64,000 nt of DNA from an uncultured cyanobacterium (GTDB lineage: Bacteria > Cyanobacteriota > Cyanobacteriia > Cyanobacteriales > Nostocaceae), in contig CAVUDP010000004.1 in NCBI GenBank assembly GCA_963740315.1, positions 448,001 to 512,000 of the forward strand, read 5' to 3'. The notes under the pieces were generated by a model. That model was not told where the DNA came from, did no database searches, and saw only the letters and a list, made by a program, of their open reading frames with translations. The translations under genes were made by a program, and so were the position numbers. Positions 21,372-33,771 of this stretch are shown here, piece by piece (within the stretch, counting starts at the first letter, position 1; each line of letters starts with the position of its first letter).

Positions 21372-22361
21372 TTACACATTATAATAAGAACGGAACCATT
21401 CAACAAAGTGTTTTAAACCAACCTCAAGTGATGTGTTGGGCTTAAAACCTGTATCTCTAATCAAATCTTCAATATCAGCATATGTTTCTGGAACATCTCC
21501 TGGTTGAATTGGGACTAATTCTTTCTGAGCTTTTACGCCAAGATGATTCTCTAAAATCTCGATAAAATCAACAAGATTAACGGGCTGATTATTACCAATA
21601 TTATAAATTTTATAAGGCGGTGATTTTATTTCTATTGTTGAATCAGATTGAGGAATCTTGTCTGCAACCCGAATTATTCCCTCTACTATGTCATCAATAT
21701 AGGTAAAATCTCGGCGCATTTTACCGTAGTTAAATACCTTAATTGGTTTTCCAGTCAAAATTGATTGAGTAAATGAGAAATACGCCATGTCAGATTTACC
21801 CCAAGAACCATAAACTGTGAAAAATCGCAGACCTGTTGTTGGTATTTCATATAAATGACTGTAAGTGTATGCCATTAACTCATTAGCTCTTTTTGTTGCT
21901 GCATAAAGGCTAACAGGATCGTCTACTCGATCGCCTACAGCAAACGGAATCTTGGTATTTGCGCCATATACAGAACTTGAAGATGCATAGATTAGGTGCC
22001 GCACTCGTGCATGACGACATCCTTCAAGGATGTTGACAAAGCCAATTAGGTTACTATCAACGTAATTATGGGGATGCGTCAGTGAGTAACGAACACCTGC
22101 TTGTGCTGCTAAGTGAATAACTTTTTCTGGCTTATAAATGGTAAATAATTCAGCTATTTTAGAGCGATTTGCCAGATCTAATTGAAAGAAATGAAAATTT
22201 TGATGATTGAATAATTGTTCTAAGCGTGCCTGTTTTAAGCTGACATCATAGTAATCATTTAAGTTATCAACACCAATGACATTTTCACCATTAGCTAACA
22301 ACTTTTGGCTTAAATGAAAGCCAATAAAACCTGCTACTCCTGTGATTAAGATGTTTTTCAT
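21372..22361 (-). CDS. NAD-dependent epimerase, UDP-glucuronate 4-epimerase-like
   Basis: ITGVAGFIG, HLAAQAGVRYS, YASSSSVYG, YAATK, RDFTYIDDIV. Confidence 0.93.
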   Translation of the reverse strand: MKNILITGVAGFIGFHLSQKLLANGENVIGVDNLNDYYDVSLKQARLEQLFNHQNFHFFQLDLANRSKIAELFTIYKPEKVIHLAAQAGVRYSLTHPHNYVDSNLIGFVNILEGCRHARVRHLIYASSSSVYGANTKIPFAVGDRVDDPVSLYAATKRANELMAYTYSHLYEIPTTGLRFFTVYGSWGKSDMAYFSFTQSILTGKPIKVFNYGKMRRDFTYIDDIVEGIIRVADKIPQSDSTIEIKSPPYKIYNIGNNQPVNLVDFIEILENHLGVKAQKELVPIQPGDVPETYADIEDLIRDTGFKPNTSLEVGLKHFVEWFRSYYNV

Positions 22362-22731
22362 ATCAAATGTCTATTTGCTTACAGGATAGATGCTTAAGTA
22401 TCTATGTTGTATAATTTAGTCCATATCTTTTTGTAGTTAATCAGGATAAGATACTACAAAACACTAAATTATTTTTTTAATCGGCAATAATACTCCTCTT
22501 GTATTTTTAAAATTTTAACTATCGTTACCTTTGCTATCATTCAACTTCCTAAATTTACAATAAACAAGTGCCTGAAAATACAATTAAGAATCCCTTATTT
22601 GAGTTGATTTGCATAATTTGACACCGAATAATTAGTATTCATTAACTGCTTCATCGCTATCCGCATAAATACCGGAATAATCCGGGTAAAATTATATCTG
22701 GCATCTCTATAAACCCAGATAAAGCGATCGC

Positions 22732-22817
22732 GACTTACGCTGCAACAACGGAAAATATAGTGTTCCAGATATCAAGAACCCCTCAACCCCCCTATTATTG
22801 AGGGCTTTGCGTAAATT
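22732..22817. repeat. Degenerate small dispersed repeat with GACTTACGC...GCGTAA ends, next to a HIP1 site
   Basis: Inverted ends, internal CCCTCAA/TTGAGGG hairpin; 13-mer TTACGCAAAGCCC shared with 61151-61163. Confidence 0.45.
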
Positions 22818-23818
22818 ATAGTAATGACTAATGTTCCTAAGCTACATTAATTTCATTAATTTCGATCGGTGTAGAATTTTCGCATAATTACCGAGTGATT
22901 CAAATTAATCGATTGTTATAAGTCAAGATGCACGCGCTTATAGAACGCTGTTTTCGCGTCGTGTTTTTTCAGAGCAACCTGATTCATGGCATACGACTGC
23001 GATGAATGAAAAAAATACGTCTATCTATGTTATTGCTTGTTGCCGTCTCCCCGTTTCCTTTCAATCAATTATCATTTGCACTTACACTACTACATTCAAA
23101 TTCTGATTGATTCCAGACTTTTGAACCCCCAACTTTCTTTTAAAAAGGGGAGTCGATAGTATTAGTAGGATAAAAATGACTTCTATTTCTTAAAATAAGA
23201 CAGCAACAACTAAACAATCTAAGCTTTTTTGCATAGGCGAATATACTCTGACTATCATCTGTCACTCCTAATGTCACGTATAAGATTAACCATACCAAAT
23301 TGACCATAACCTACATTAGAAATCACAGGCTATAACAAACCCGATCGTTTCATGATTTTAGGCATGGTCAGCAGCTAAAACAGGTCGATGCAATAGCCTT
23401 TAAAGAATTATACTTAGCTTCCCTAATAACTGTCTATAATAATACTTCATACTTTATACACTCAACAGTGTAGTTCTTTTTACAGTATTCTCCGAGAAAA
23501 AATTAAAAACTTTATATTTTACAGTCATTTTCTTCATAAAAGCATTATAATAGATACAGGTGCTAAGAAAATCTACTATATAGAATAATTGCTGATAGCA
23601 GTACTTCAAATCGAGAAATCTGGGTGATTCGCGATATTGGCAGTATATAAATTTACTAGCTGGAGCAACTTTTTACTAGTTACCAGATGGTTTATGTTGC
23701 CACCAATTTATTTTAAGCCTGTCGAAATATAAAAAAGCTTAACTTGCTGCTATTAAGAAGCTGAAATTATTTTGTTATTGTTTACTTCGATCGATGAAAA
23801 GTAGATGCATGAAAAGTT

Positions 23819-24910
23819 TTATCCTTTTATTATCCGTCTCGCAAAACGCTTAAAAGGACTTGAACCATAAGTTAAAAGGAACAACTTATGAAAAACGCTG
23901 TCTGGTAGATATTCTCCCCATTGGAATAGCCATTTTTGATGCAAACAAAAGTTTCTGAATTCCGCGTGAGAAATTACTTGCCGATGTAGCAATGCGCGTT
24001 CGAGCTTTGATACTCCTTTAAAACGGGCAAGCAAATATTTATCGTGACAGACTCTCAAGCTAAACTTTAATTCTTTTAACTGTCGTGCAACTTGCTCTCC
24101 ATAAATTTTTTGCAGAAACTTTTTTTGTTCCTCATATACACGCTCAAAAGTAACTTCTTCTCTCTCCAAGATTTTTTGCGACAAAGTACTTTGAGAACTA
24201 ACGTTTGCTCCATGCAAGCGAAACTTACTTAATACTTCCTGAACAGCCCCGATTACGGTAATAAATGGAGCTAAACGAAATATTAAACTGTCTGCATTTC
24301 GTGTAAACGCTTCATTGAGTGGAAATATTTTATCGCCAATTTCTCGTCGTATACTCAGTGCAGAAGCGGGAGGTATGTTGTAGACAAATCCGCCATTCTC
24401 CATCGCAAATTCTCCCATCCAGCCAGAAGCCAATTGTTTAATTTTAGGAGTTGTATGAAGGAAGTTCCCCTGCCCATCTATTTCCAGGACATTATGAATG
24501 GCAAAACCACATTTAGGTTCAGATATATATAGCTCCACAACCTTTTGCAGCTTGTTACTCATCCAGATATCATCTGCATCTAGAATACAGATAATCTGAC
24601 CTTTGCTTTTGCTATATGCTACATTCAGAGCATTAGCCACACCACCATTTTCTTTCTGTATCAGTTTTATTCTTGAATCCCTCTGGACATAGGATTCAAT
24701 CACTTCACAGGAATTGTCTTTAGAACCATCATCACAAACTATTACTTCAAAATTAGGATAGGTTTGATCGAGAACACTATCTAAAGCTTCCCCGATATAT
24801 CTTGCATAGTTGTAATTTGGGATCAGAATTGAAACCAAAGGAGATGAAGGAAGTAGCGGGAATTCTATCGGTTCGAGCTGATTAATTTGTTGCATAGATG
24901 TCAATTTCAT
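23819..24910 (-). CDS. Glycosyltransferase family 2
   Basis: PLVSILIPNYNY, VCDDGSKD, ILDADD. Confidence 0.93.
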   Translation of the reverse strand: MKLTSMQQINQLEPIEFPLLPSSPLVSILIPNYNYARYIGEALDSVLDQTYPNFEVIVCDDGSKDNSCEVIESYVQRDSRIKLIQKENGGVANALNVAYSKSKGQIICILDADDIWMSNKLQKVVELYISEPKCGFAIHNVLEIDGQGNFLHTTPKIKQLASGWMGEFAMENGGFVYNIPPASALSIRREIGDKIFPLNEAFTRNADSLIFRLAPFITVIGAVQEVLSKFRLHGANVSSQSTLSQKILEREEVTFERVYEEQKKFLQKIYGEQVARQLKELKFSLRVCHDKYLLARFKGVSKLERALLHRQVISHAEFRNFCLHQKWLFQWGEYLPDSVFHKLFLLTYGSSPFKRFARRIIKG

Positions 24911-25107
24911 TATATTTTTCCTGATTTAGGTACAATTTTTTGAAAGGTGAGGTTAAATTTTGATTGTTAATTTTAAATTAAACCTAAAATTAAAATTTCT
25001 AATAAGTTAAATCAAAATTAACAATTATGAGTGCGAGCTGTATAGAAAATATTTAGTACTTAAACAGATTCAATTACAATTTAGCCGTTGCTTCTTTATT
25101 ATTTTAT

Positions 25108-26232
25108 TTAAGTAGCGCACACTTCTTTTTCAAATAGCCCTAAAGCCCGTAAAGCAGCTTGATCCATATTGTAATACTTGTATTCTGCAAGTCTTCCAGC
25201 AAAGATTACACTACCATTAAGTTTTTGAGATTCTTTAACATAGAGTTCGTAAAGCTGGCGGTTTTCTTCACGGGGAATAGGGTAGTAAGGGTCGTTTTTC
25301 TCTGGTATGTAAGCCTGTGGATACTCCATCACCAGAGTGGTTTTAGGTGAAGTTTGCCCTGAAAGATACTTTTGCTCGGTAATTCGGGTAATATCGTAAT
25401 TATTAGGATAGTTAACTGTACCGACTTCTTGGTAATTTTCTCGATCTAAAGTTTCATGATGAAAGCGTAAACTGCGATAAGGTAATTCTCCATGCATATA
25501 GTCAAAAAAGGTGTCAACTGGTCCGGTATAAATCATCCGGTTGAACTTTATATCTTTGACTACTTCGCGGTAATCAGCATTTAGCAACACTTTGATATTA
25601 GGATGAGATAGCATTCGCCGGAACATCTCGGTGTAACCTAGCTTCGGCATAGCTTGGTAAGAATCTTGAAAATATCGATTATCTCGACTGATATATACTG
25701 GAACGCGCCCAGTTACTCCTTTATCTAACTCTTCGGGTTTTAGTTCCCACTGCTTCATTGTGTAGTGGAGAAAGACATTATTGTAGATATATTCAGCCAG
25801 AAAGCTGAGATCGCCACTAGCACTTTCACGCAACTTTAAAATCGGTACCTTTACTCCAAAACCAAAGTTTTCTAAAAGTAAATCCTCTAACTTTTGAGCA
25901 TAGTGGGGTGGAAAAAGTTCATACAAAGAGTTGAGGTTGAAAGGAATCGGAACTTTCTTACCCTCTATTACCCCAAGAACATGATGAAAATACGGTCGCC
26001 ATTCAGTGAACTCAGACAGATAATCCCAAACTTTCTTAGATTTAGTGTGAAAAATATGGGGACCATATTTATGTACTAGAATGCCGTGTTCGTTATAATA
26101 ATCGTATGCATTCCCGCCTATATGGTCCCTTCGTTCTACTATCAATACTTGTTGTCCAAGTTGAGTAGCAATTCGCTCGGCAAGTACACAGCCTGAATAT
26201 CCCGCTCCAACAATTAACCAATCTACTTTCAT
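25108..26232 (-). CDS. glf: UDP-galactopyranose mutase
   Basis: IVGAGYSG, HIGGNAYD, HKYGPHIFHT, LPYRSL, PYYPIP, GRLAEYKYYNMDQ. Confidence 0.97.
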   Translation of the reverse strand: MKVDWLIVGAGYSGCVLAERIATQLGQQVLIVERRDHIGGNAYDYYNEHGILVHKYGPHIFHTKSKKVWDYLSEFTEWRPYFHHVLGVIEGKKVPIPFNLNSLYELFPPHYAQKLEDLLLENFGFGVKVPILKLRESASGDLSFLAEYIYNNVFLHYTMKQWELKPEELDKGVTGRVPVYISRDNRYFQDSYQAMPKLGYTEMFRRMLSHPNIKVLLNADYREVVKDIKFNRMIYTGPVDTFFDYMHGELPYRSLRFHHETLDRENYQEVGTVNYPNNYDITRITEQKYLSGQTSPKTTLVMEYPQAYIPEKNDPYYPIPREENRQLYELYVKESQKLNGSVIFAGRLAEYKYYNMDQAALRALGLFEKEVCAT

Positions 26233-26260
26233 TTTTTTTAACTCATTATTGTGACAGAAA

Positions 26261-27574
26261 CTAAATTACTTCTGGCTGGAAGTATTGATGAATGTAATCC
26301 ACAAACGGTTGATAGGATGATTTTGGAGAAAGATTCTCTGTTACAAACTTATAAGCTTGCCGTTCCATCCATTGACGCTTGTCTGAATCGGTCAAAAGCG
26401 TATGCATAGCAGCAGCAAAATCATCAACCGAATCTGCTACAATTGCAGTCTTACCTGCAATCTCGGGTAATCCTTGAATTCCGACGCTGGTTGAAACGCA
26501 AGCGCGTCCGTAGGACATTGCCTCCACAAGCTTGATTTTTAATCCGCTACCAGCCAGTAAAGGAACCAAACAAACTTCAGCAGCGTCATATTCAGGTTTT
26601 AAATCGTTTACTCTACCCAGAAAGCTAACATTGGGAAACGTTTCTTGAATCACGTCACATACACTACCGCACACGTGGAGGCTGCAATGAGGCACTTTTT
26701 TAATTATCTCTAGCCAGACATTTTCCAGAAACCACTGCAAACCGTAAAAATTGTGCTGGGAGCTACTACCCACAAATAAACAACGACCGGGTACTTGTTT
26801 AATAGTATGAGAGTAAGGTATAGCAGAGATAGGCGTATTAATTACCTGAGTGTGAGGTACCATTTGCTTAAATAATTCAGCATCTTCTTTCTGAATTGCT
26901 AATAGTACCTGTGCTTTTCCTAACTGTGCGGTTTCTGCTTCCAGGCTCCAGTTACCATCATGTATGACGACACCTATTTTCTGGAATTGGGCATTTCTTT
27001 GGTGAAATACATCGTGAGTGAGAATAACTTTAAGGATATTTTTATCGGCAGATAGAGTATCCAAGATATTAGCCAAATATAGATAGTTCACGACTACAAC
27101 ATCTGGTTTAAACCTATCAACTTGAGCTTTCGCAAAAGCAATTTCTTCTGGATTTGCTAAAACATCTTGCCAGTCTCGAACGTTGATATTTTTTGTATTA
27201 ATTAATTGCTGGTTATATTTTTTTTGGATTTTTTTTGCCGCTAAACGATATATATTTTTGAGGGGCTGAGGTAACTTATGAAAAAACAACCGTAGTGGTC
27301 CGATAATCCAATCGGATAACTTGTTAAACCTCAGCAGAATATGACCTATTTGTAAATTATTTGGTATCCTGACTTTTATCGGTTTTCTCAATGTAGAAGG
27401 AATTACACACCAGGGATATCTATCAATAGGTAATGGATTAACTGATACATACTGCACTTCGCACTCTACTTTTCGTAAGTAGCTAATCAAATCTAAAATG
27501 TATGCATCTCTACCTATATTATTCTCGATCGGAAAAACCCTGCTAATGATTTGAATCTTAATTTTTTTATTCAT
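26261..27574 (-). CDS. Glycosyltransferase family 4
   Basis: ILTHDV, PLLAGSGLKIKLVEAMSYGRACVSTSVG. Confidence 0.9.
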   Translation of the reverse strand: MNKKIKIQIISRVFPIENNIGRDAYILDLISYLRKVECEVQYVSVNPLPIDRYPWCVIPSTLRKPIKVRIPNNLQIGHILLRFNKLSDWIIGPLRLFFHKLPQPLKNIYRLAAKKIQKKYNQQLINTKNINVRDWQDVLANPEEIAFAKAQVDRFKPDVVVVNYLYLANILDTLSADKNILKVILTHDVFHQRNAQFQKIGVVIHDGNWSLEAETAQLGKAQVLLAIQKEDAELFKQMVPHTQVINTPISAIPYSHTIKQVPGRCLFVGSSSQHNFYGLQWFLENVWLEIIKKVPHCSLHVCGSVCDVIQETFPNVSFLGRVNDLKPEYDAAEVCLVPLLAGSGLKIKLVEAMSYGRACVSTSVGIQGLPEIAGKTAIVADSVDDFAAAMHTLLTDSDKRQWMERQAYKFVTENLSPKSSYQPFVDYIHQYFQPEVI

Positions 27575-27643
27575 ATTTTATAATGTAACTTTATATATTC
27601 GTTGTTGAATCAAAATAAGAAAGATATTATACTTTTGTTGAAA

Positions 27644-28477
27644 TTAAATAGTATTTTTGATAAACTTATTTTTAAGGTATGGTAATACTTCTGAGGGTTG
27701 TTTATACAACAAAATTACTCGATCAATTTTTGAATAGACAAATTTTAAACACTTAACTTGAAATTGTTGAAAATAAGTAAGTTTTTTGCGATGCTCTTCG
27801 ATAAGAGTAGAAAGGTGTTGAGAATGGTTGCCGCTTTGAACAAGGTTAATTGTTTTTGTCCCTTCAATTTGTCGATGATTACCCAATATTTGATTTACAT
27901 ACTTAACATTCGCATTTTGAACAGCTTTAAAGATAAAATCTAAATCCATCATGTAATGCTCATCTACTTGATAAAATCCTATTTTTTGATGTAAAGACTT
28001 ATGATAAAAATAAGCCGATGGATTTAATGGAAAAATACAAAAATTTGTTTTAGTTAATAGCTGTACAATTTTTAATCTTTTTGGTTTATTAACAGATTTT
28101 ATTTTGTCATTATTATCTAAAAGATTACAGTTGCCGACAAGTAAGCTAGGCTCTGGTAATTCTTTAAAAATTTTGCATACAGAATTTAATGCTTCAGCTT
28201 GATAAAAATCATCAACATTTAAAAAAGATAATATTTCACCTTTCGCCATCCCAATACCTTTATTCATTGCATCCGACTGTCCTTTATCTTTTTCAGAAAT
28301 CCAGCGAATGTGGGGATAATTTTGTGCATAATACTCAATTACCTCTACAGTTTTATCTGTCGAGCCACCATCGATAATCAGGTGTTCCACGTCTTGACAG
28401 TTCTGATCGATCACATTTTTTATACAAGACTCGATAAACTTTTCGCCGTTATAGACAGGTGTAATAACACTAATCAT
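27644..28477 (-). CDS. Glycosyltransferase family 2 (WcaE-like)
   Basis: MISVITPVYNG at 28477; IDGGSTD, SEKDKGQSDAMNKG, LNVDD. Confidence 0.92.
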   Translation of the reverse strand: MISVITPVYNGEKFIESCIKNVIDQNCQDVEHLIIDGGSTDKTVEVIEYYAQNYPHIRWISEKDKGQSDAMNKGIGMAKGEILSFLNVDDFYQAEALNSVCKIFKELPEPSLLVGNCNLLDNNDKIKSVNKPKRLKIVQLLTKTNFCIFPLNPSAYFYHKSLHQKIGFYQVDEHYMMDLDFIFKAVQNANVKYVNQILGNHRQIEGTKTINLVQSGNHSQHLSTLIEEHRKKLTYFQQFQVKCLKFVYSKIDRVILLYKQPSEVLPYLKNKFIKNTI

Positions 28478-28572
28478 TTTTTTAACTAATATAGGAATAA
28501 TATTTATTATTGAAAAACTAACGCATTCAATTAATTTAATTTCCGAGACAACCGTATAATAACTGAATTCGT

Positions 28573-29793
28573 CTATTTTTTTAGTATGTTTTTGTACATA
28601 TCTATGTATTGTTTTGTTTGAGCTTCTAAAGAGTATTCGGATAGAGCGATCGCCCGACAATTTTGACTCATACTATTACGTAAGTTTTTATCCTCCAGGA
28701 GTTGCACGATGCCGTTACAAAAATCATTGGTATCCTCTGGGCTAGCTAAATAGCCAGTAATTCCAGGGCGTACTAAATCGGGTACCCCTCCAACCTTGAA
28801 CGAAACCATTGGTGTGCCGCAAGCTATGCTCTCTTGTAGCACTAAGGGGAGATTATCGGCACGGGTAGGAAAAACAAACAAGTCAGCCGCAGAAAAAGCA
28901 ATAGACTTTAAGCGATCGCTGGTGACATAACCTAGATTTATACTTGTCATTCCTACGGTTTCCGAAATAGATTCACCGCCATAGCCGAAAGTTAACAGTA
29001 TAGTTTCTGCTTTGAGAGATTCAGGTAAGTTAGAAAGTGCTTTGATTAATAAATCTCCCCCCTTACGGGAGTCTTTTAAACTTTCAGCGGCAAACATCAA
29101 GACTTTTTTATTGGTTGGAATACCCAGTACAAGCCGACATTGCTCGGAGTTGAGAGGTTGATAAGCTTCTGTATCAATGCCGTAGGGGATATGATAAATC
29201 GGAAAGCGGTTGAGCATACTTTGTTTAGCTTGCTCAAACAGCCAATTACTAGGAGCAACAATATTCAAGTTAGAGCGGCTATAAACCCAGTTTTTCAGCT
29301 TCCACTCTAGACGAGTATTGTCTCTAGCTACAGCAGGATAAATATTTGGATAAGGACATTTACCGCAGCCAATTTTCCACCGATCGCAATCATAACTGTA
29401 GGCGCAGTGCCCTGTAAAACTCCACATATCATGCAGAGTCAAAACAGCTGGTTTATTTTCAGTTAATAATGATATTGCTAGGTAATTAAAATAACCCGTA
29501 TGTAGGTTGTGAAAATTTATAATATCTGCATTTTGATAATAAATATGTTTGGGAATGTTAAAACTACTGATGTGGTTGATGTAGTTAAAGCCAAAAGGAG
29601 AAATCAAACGATTGAGTTGTTTCTCAAGAAAATATTTGCGCGGAACAGAGTTGATACGAGGGCTAGATATTTTTGTTTTTCCTACTAATAAATATGAGTC
29701 AAAATTTCGAGCAAGTAAAGATTTATGCAGCCGATAGCTTGCAATTGCTGCTCCACCAGAAATATCAGATTGGTTGATATGTAATACGTTCAT
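28573..29793 (-). CDS. Glycosyltransferase family 4 (WcaC-like)
   Basis: SGGAAIASYRLH, TLHDMWSFTGHCAY, DNLPLVLQESIACGTP. Confidence 0.92.
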   Translation of the reverse strand: MNVLHINQSDISGGAAIASYRLHKSLLARNFDSYLLVGKTKISSPRINSVPRKYFLEKQLNRLISPFGFNYINHISSFNIPKHIYYQNADIINFHNLHTGYFNYLAISLLTENKPAVLTLHDMWSFTGHCAYSYDCDRWKIGCGKCPYPNIYPAVARDNTRLEWKLKNWVYSRSNLNIVAPSNWLFEQAKQSMLNRFPIYHIPYGIDTEAYQPLNSEQCRLVLGIPTNKKVLMFAAESLKDSRKGGDLLIKALSNLPESLKAETILLTFGYGGESISETVGMTSINLGYVTSDRLKSIAFSAADLFVFPTRADNLPLVLQESIACGTPMVSFKVGGVPDLVRPGITGYLASPEDTNDFCNGIVQLLEDKNLRNSMSQNCRAIALSEYSLEAQTKQYIDMYKNILKK

Positions 29794-29890
29794 TTTAGGC
29801 TTTTAGTAGCTGGCATAAATATGATATCTCCTGTAACTAAATCGGCGATATAAAAACCGGAATAGATGCCGGACAAACTAATATGCGCGT

Positions 29891-31105
29891 TTATTTAATT
29901 CTCTTGATTGCTGTTTCTAAATATTGCTCGTGTTCTAATCTACCCTCTACATAATTTTTAGAGAAAAATTGAGGAGTGATTTCTTTTCCAAAACCCACAA
30001 TACAGGGAACGTTAAACAGTAATTTCAACGATAAACAAGCGGAACTGACTGTCAATACTCTGACGTTATCTCGTACTGACATATCCGATAAGAGAAAAAT
30101 GCTAGCAAATAAAATCTCAAAAGGCAGAAAGAATAGATGGGGTTCAGATATAACTAATATATTTGCAAATAAATCTGCTAGTGTCGATTGCAACCTTTGG
30201 ATCTTAATCTTACCATCTCTAGGATGAGGTTTGATAACTAATATTGTATCTGGCTCTATCTTTTGTGAAATCAAAAATTGACGATAAGCATTAATTTCAT
30301 CTTCCTCCGACATCCTTTGAGCCTCAGAAAAATTGGAAGTTAGTAGAATTAAGATAGGGCGATCGTCAATTTTTTCTTTAAATTCCGATATATAATCTGT
30401 ATCTATTAATCCCTTAAACTTCGCAAAAGTTTCTATAAGTTGCGATTTATCTAAGGTGATATTTTTCATGGGAGGCACTTCTCCCAGAATGTCGGGCAAT
30501 ACAAAATAACCAATATCAAATTCTACATTTTCTAAAACTGTTTTTAGCTGTAGTTTCTCCTTAACGTTACCAATAGCGGTTTTAATTTGTTTCTTGATAT
30601 AACTAGCAAAATTTAGCTTCGGTAGAGTAGATGCTGCAAATAAACCGGGAGCATTTGAGGAGAAGTAAATACCAACACTATCTCCATAACAAATTTTTTC
30701 GGCTGATTTATAAGTATTTATCAGAAGTTGATTGCCAAACTGCCAATTTCGACATAGATAAACTTCATCAGCAAAGTCAGTTCCAACTAATTGATGCACT
30801 GTACCGTAAATTTTTCCCGGACTTGAAGTTGCTAAATTTTTAGATATAGCATCGATTATTTCAGGATTGACGTAATTGATAGCTTTCCAATTATGAACAA
30901 ATTGAGCCATCTTTTCGACAAAATTTGCAAATTGCTCGATTTGTCCTGGAGGAGTATAAAGGTCGTAAATAACAAGGTAGTCTTCATAATGCCGATTCAA
31001 ATTTTTCTGCTCTTTTTCCCGATAGTTAAGGATAGATAGAGCAGTTACTAGCTGAATACTACCTTGACAAGTGATAACTCGTTTTACGAGTTGGCGATCG
31101 TTCAT
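29891..31105 (-). CDS. Sialyltransferase/polysialyltransferase-like GT-B protein (candidate Kdo transferase)
   Basis: YGDSVG acidic-Gly motif, IKPHPRD (HP motif), LPFEIL, TVSSA; immediately downstream of kdsA-kdsC. Confidence 0.6.
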   Translation of the reverse strand: MNDRQLVKRVITCQGSIQLVTALSILNYREKEQKNLNRHYEDYLVIYDLYTPPGQIEQFANFVEKMAQFVHNWKAINYVNPEIIDAISKNLATSSPGKIYGTVHQLVGTDFADEVYLCRNWQFGNQLLINTYKSAEKICYGDSVGIYFSSNAPGLFAASTLPKLNFASYIKKQIKTAIGNVKEKLQLKTVLENVEFDIGYFVLPDILGEVPPMKNITLDKSQLIETFAKFKGLIDTDYISEFKEKIDDRPILILLTSNFSEAQRMSEEDEINAYRQFLISQKIEPDTILVIKPHPRDGKIKIQRLQSTLADLFANILVISEPHLFFLPFEILFASIFLLSDMSVRDNVRVLTVSSACLSLKLLFNVPCIVGFGKEITPQFFSKNYVEGRLEHEQYLETAIKRIK

Positions 31106-31123
31106 TTGTGATTAAGAGATGCC

Positions 31124-31636
31124 TTAATTAGAGGACGAAGCATTCAGCAAGAGATTGCAAATTTCTCGGACGCATCCCTGATCCCCTGCTAGTTTAGTGA
31201 CGTATGCAGCAGAAGCTTGATTTTCTGGCATTGCATCAGCTACTGACAAGGGACAACCCACAGTATGTAAAACTGGCAAATCAACTATGTCATCACCGAC
31301 ATATGCCACTTGGGAAACAGATAAACTCAGATGTTCGCAAAGTTTCTTAACGGTTGTTAACTTGTCTTCAATCCCAAGAAATGCGTGCTTGATACCCAGT
31401 TTTTTAGCTCTATGCAGCACGGTAGCAGATGTACTAGTAGTAATTATAGCTACCTCAATCCCAGCCTGCATAACAAGCTTGATTCCCTGTCCATCTTTAA
31501 CATTAAATTTTTTGAACTCTTCCCCACTTTCCGTGTAGTAAAGTCCGCCATCAGTTAGGACACCATCTACATCCAAAGCTAAAAGTTTTACCTGGGATAA
31601 ACGTTCTTGCAATTCAATTTCAGAAATATTGGTCAT
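31124..31636 (-). CDS. kdsC: Kdo 8-phosphate phosphatase (HAD)
   Basis: LDVDGVLTDG, FNVKDG, YVGDDIVD, GCVREI. Confidence 0.93.
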   Translation of the reverse strand: MTNISEIELQERLSQVKLLALDVDGVLTDGGLYYTESGEEFKKFNVKDGQGIKLVMQAGIEVAIITTSTSATVLHRAKKLGIKHAFLGIEDKLTTVKKLCEHLSLSVSQVAYVGDDIVDLPVLHTVGCPLSVADAMPENQASAAYVTKLAGDQGCVREICNLLLNASSSN

Positions 31637-31693
31637 GGTAGGGATTTAGGGTAGCTATATATACTTAAACTTGTGCGGGCAATGCGGCGATAG

Positions 31694-32563
<870 letters not shown>

Positions 32564-32614
32564 CTAAGCGAAACTAATAATATAGTGAAACCAATAATAT
32601 TTATTTTTTTACTA

Positions 32615-33484
32615 TTATTTGCTTCTAATTTTTGATATAATTGTTCTTCCCGTCCGTTCTATTCTGTAATAAGATACTAGAGCTTTTTTGGCAGTACAAT
32701 AATCTTTCATATATCGTTTTGCCTTTCCTTGAAAATGCAAAGAATTAAACTTGATTCCCTTGCCAGACTTAAGATGCTTGCAGTATGGTTTACCATCAAC
32801 CCAATAAATATTTTTAATTCCATTACGCATTTCAAATTCATGTGAAGCATTTATATTAGCGTCATAAACGGAATTGTTGATAATATCAGATGTTTGAGCA
32901 ATTTTATCAGAATTTCTTTGGTAGTACTGATTTAGTAAAGTCATGTCGCAAATACCACCAGGTCTAGATTTTTTATCTTCCCATAAAGTCTCTAAAATTT
33001 TGAATAAAGACGGATTTGTGTAAAAATTAATTACAAATTCGCAAAAATCTTCTATTCCTTTTAATTTGATAAATGAATTATGTCCAGAGCCTTTTTTAGA
33101 CAAAGTAAAATCAGAATGTGCAAATTTTTCTTGCTCTTCTGAAAGATTAGCATATAGCAGAATGTCAGAATCTATATGCACGCATTTTTCAATTTTATTT
33201 TTTTTCATAAAATCTCTTAAAATGAACCATCTTTGAAAGCAAAACATTTCATGTAGAAAATCATTGCTACTCATGTGTTTATCTGCATATATTTTTTCAA
33301 ATTCTTTAGCTCCCTCACAGTAAAAACTAAAATCTTCATGAGTGATAAATCTTAAAAATTTATTACTATAATCTCCCAACAAAAATATATCTGATTCAGG
33401 ATTATTTTTTTTTGCTTGAGCCAAGCTATATATTAGGTAAGGATGATTGCCGCGATGAAGAGTAACGATAGGAATAGACGACAT
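32615..33484 (-). CDS. Putative GT-A fold glycosyltransferase or nucleotide-sugar transferase
   Basis: FCFQRWF, HIDSDILLY (DxD), ICDMT, SLHFQG; operon context. Confidence 0.6.
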   Translation of the reverse strand: MSSIPIVTLHRGNHPYLIYSLAQAKKNNPESDIFLLGDYSNKFLRFITHEDFSFYCEGAKEFEKIYADKHMSSNDFLHEMFCFQRWFILRDFMKKNKIEKCVHIDSDILLYANLSEEQEKFAHSDFTLSKKGSGHNSFIKLKGIEDFCEFVINFYTNPSLFKILETLWEDKKSRPGGICDMTLLNQYYQRNSDKIAQTSDIINNSVYDANINASHEFEMRNGIKNIYWVDGKPYCKHLKSGKGIKFNSLHFQGKAKRYMKDYCTAKKALVSYYRIERTGRTIISKIRSK

Positions 33485-33771
33485 AGAATTATTTCCTAGA
33501 TTTTTTTATTCTGAGTTTTACTAATGAATCAACGACTATATTGTGATTTAAAATAATTTTGCTTTCAAGTTATTTTAATTGCATTCTTTTATAAAGTAGG
33601 AAAAGATTTGGTAAAGAAAGTATTAATTAATATGTGAAAAAATAAAAAAAATATATTTAACAATTGTCAGCAATGTTGATTTTTTGCATCTTGAACTATT
33701 TAAGTACGAACGGGAGCAACGTAAAAAGACGCTCTCATAGCAAAACCTTTTATAGATAAGCAAACTTAAGA

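Noticed and set aside
23470..23483. NtcA-like GTA-N8-TAC site (another at 56347-56360)
   Set aside because: No properly spaced -10 box, and the motif is expected by chance in AT-rich DNA
28478..28660. N-terminal extension of the GT2 overlapping the upstream GT4
   Set aside because: The GT2 domain begins at MISVITPVYNG (28477); the extension is a chance open frame
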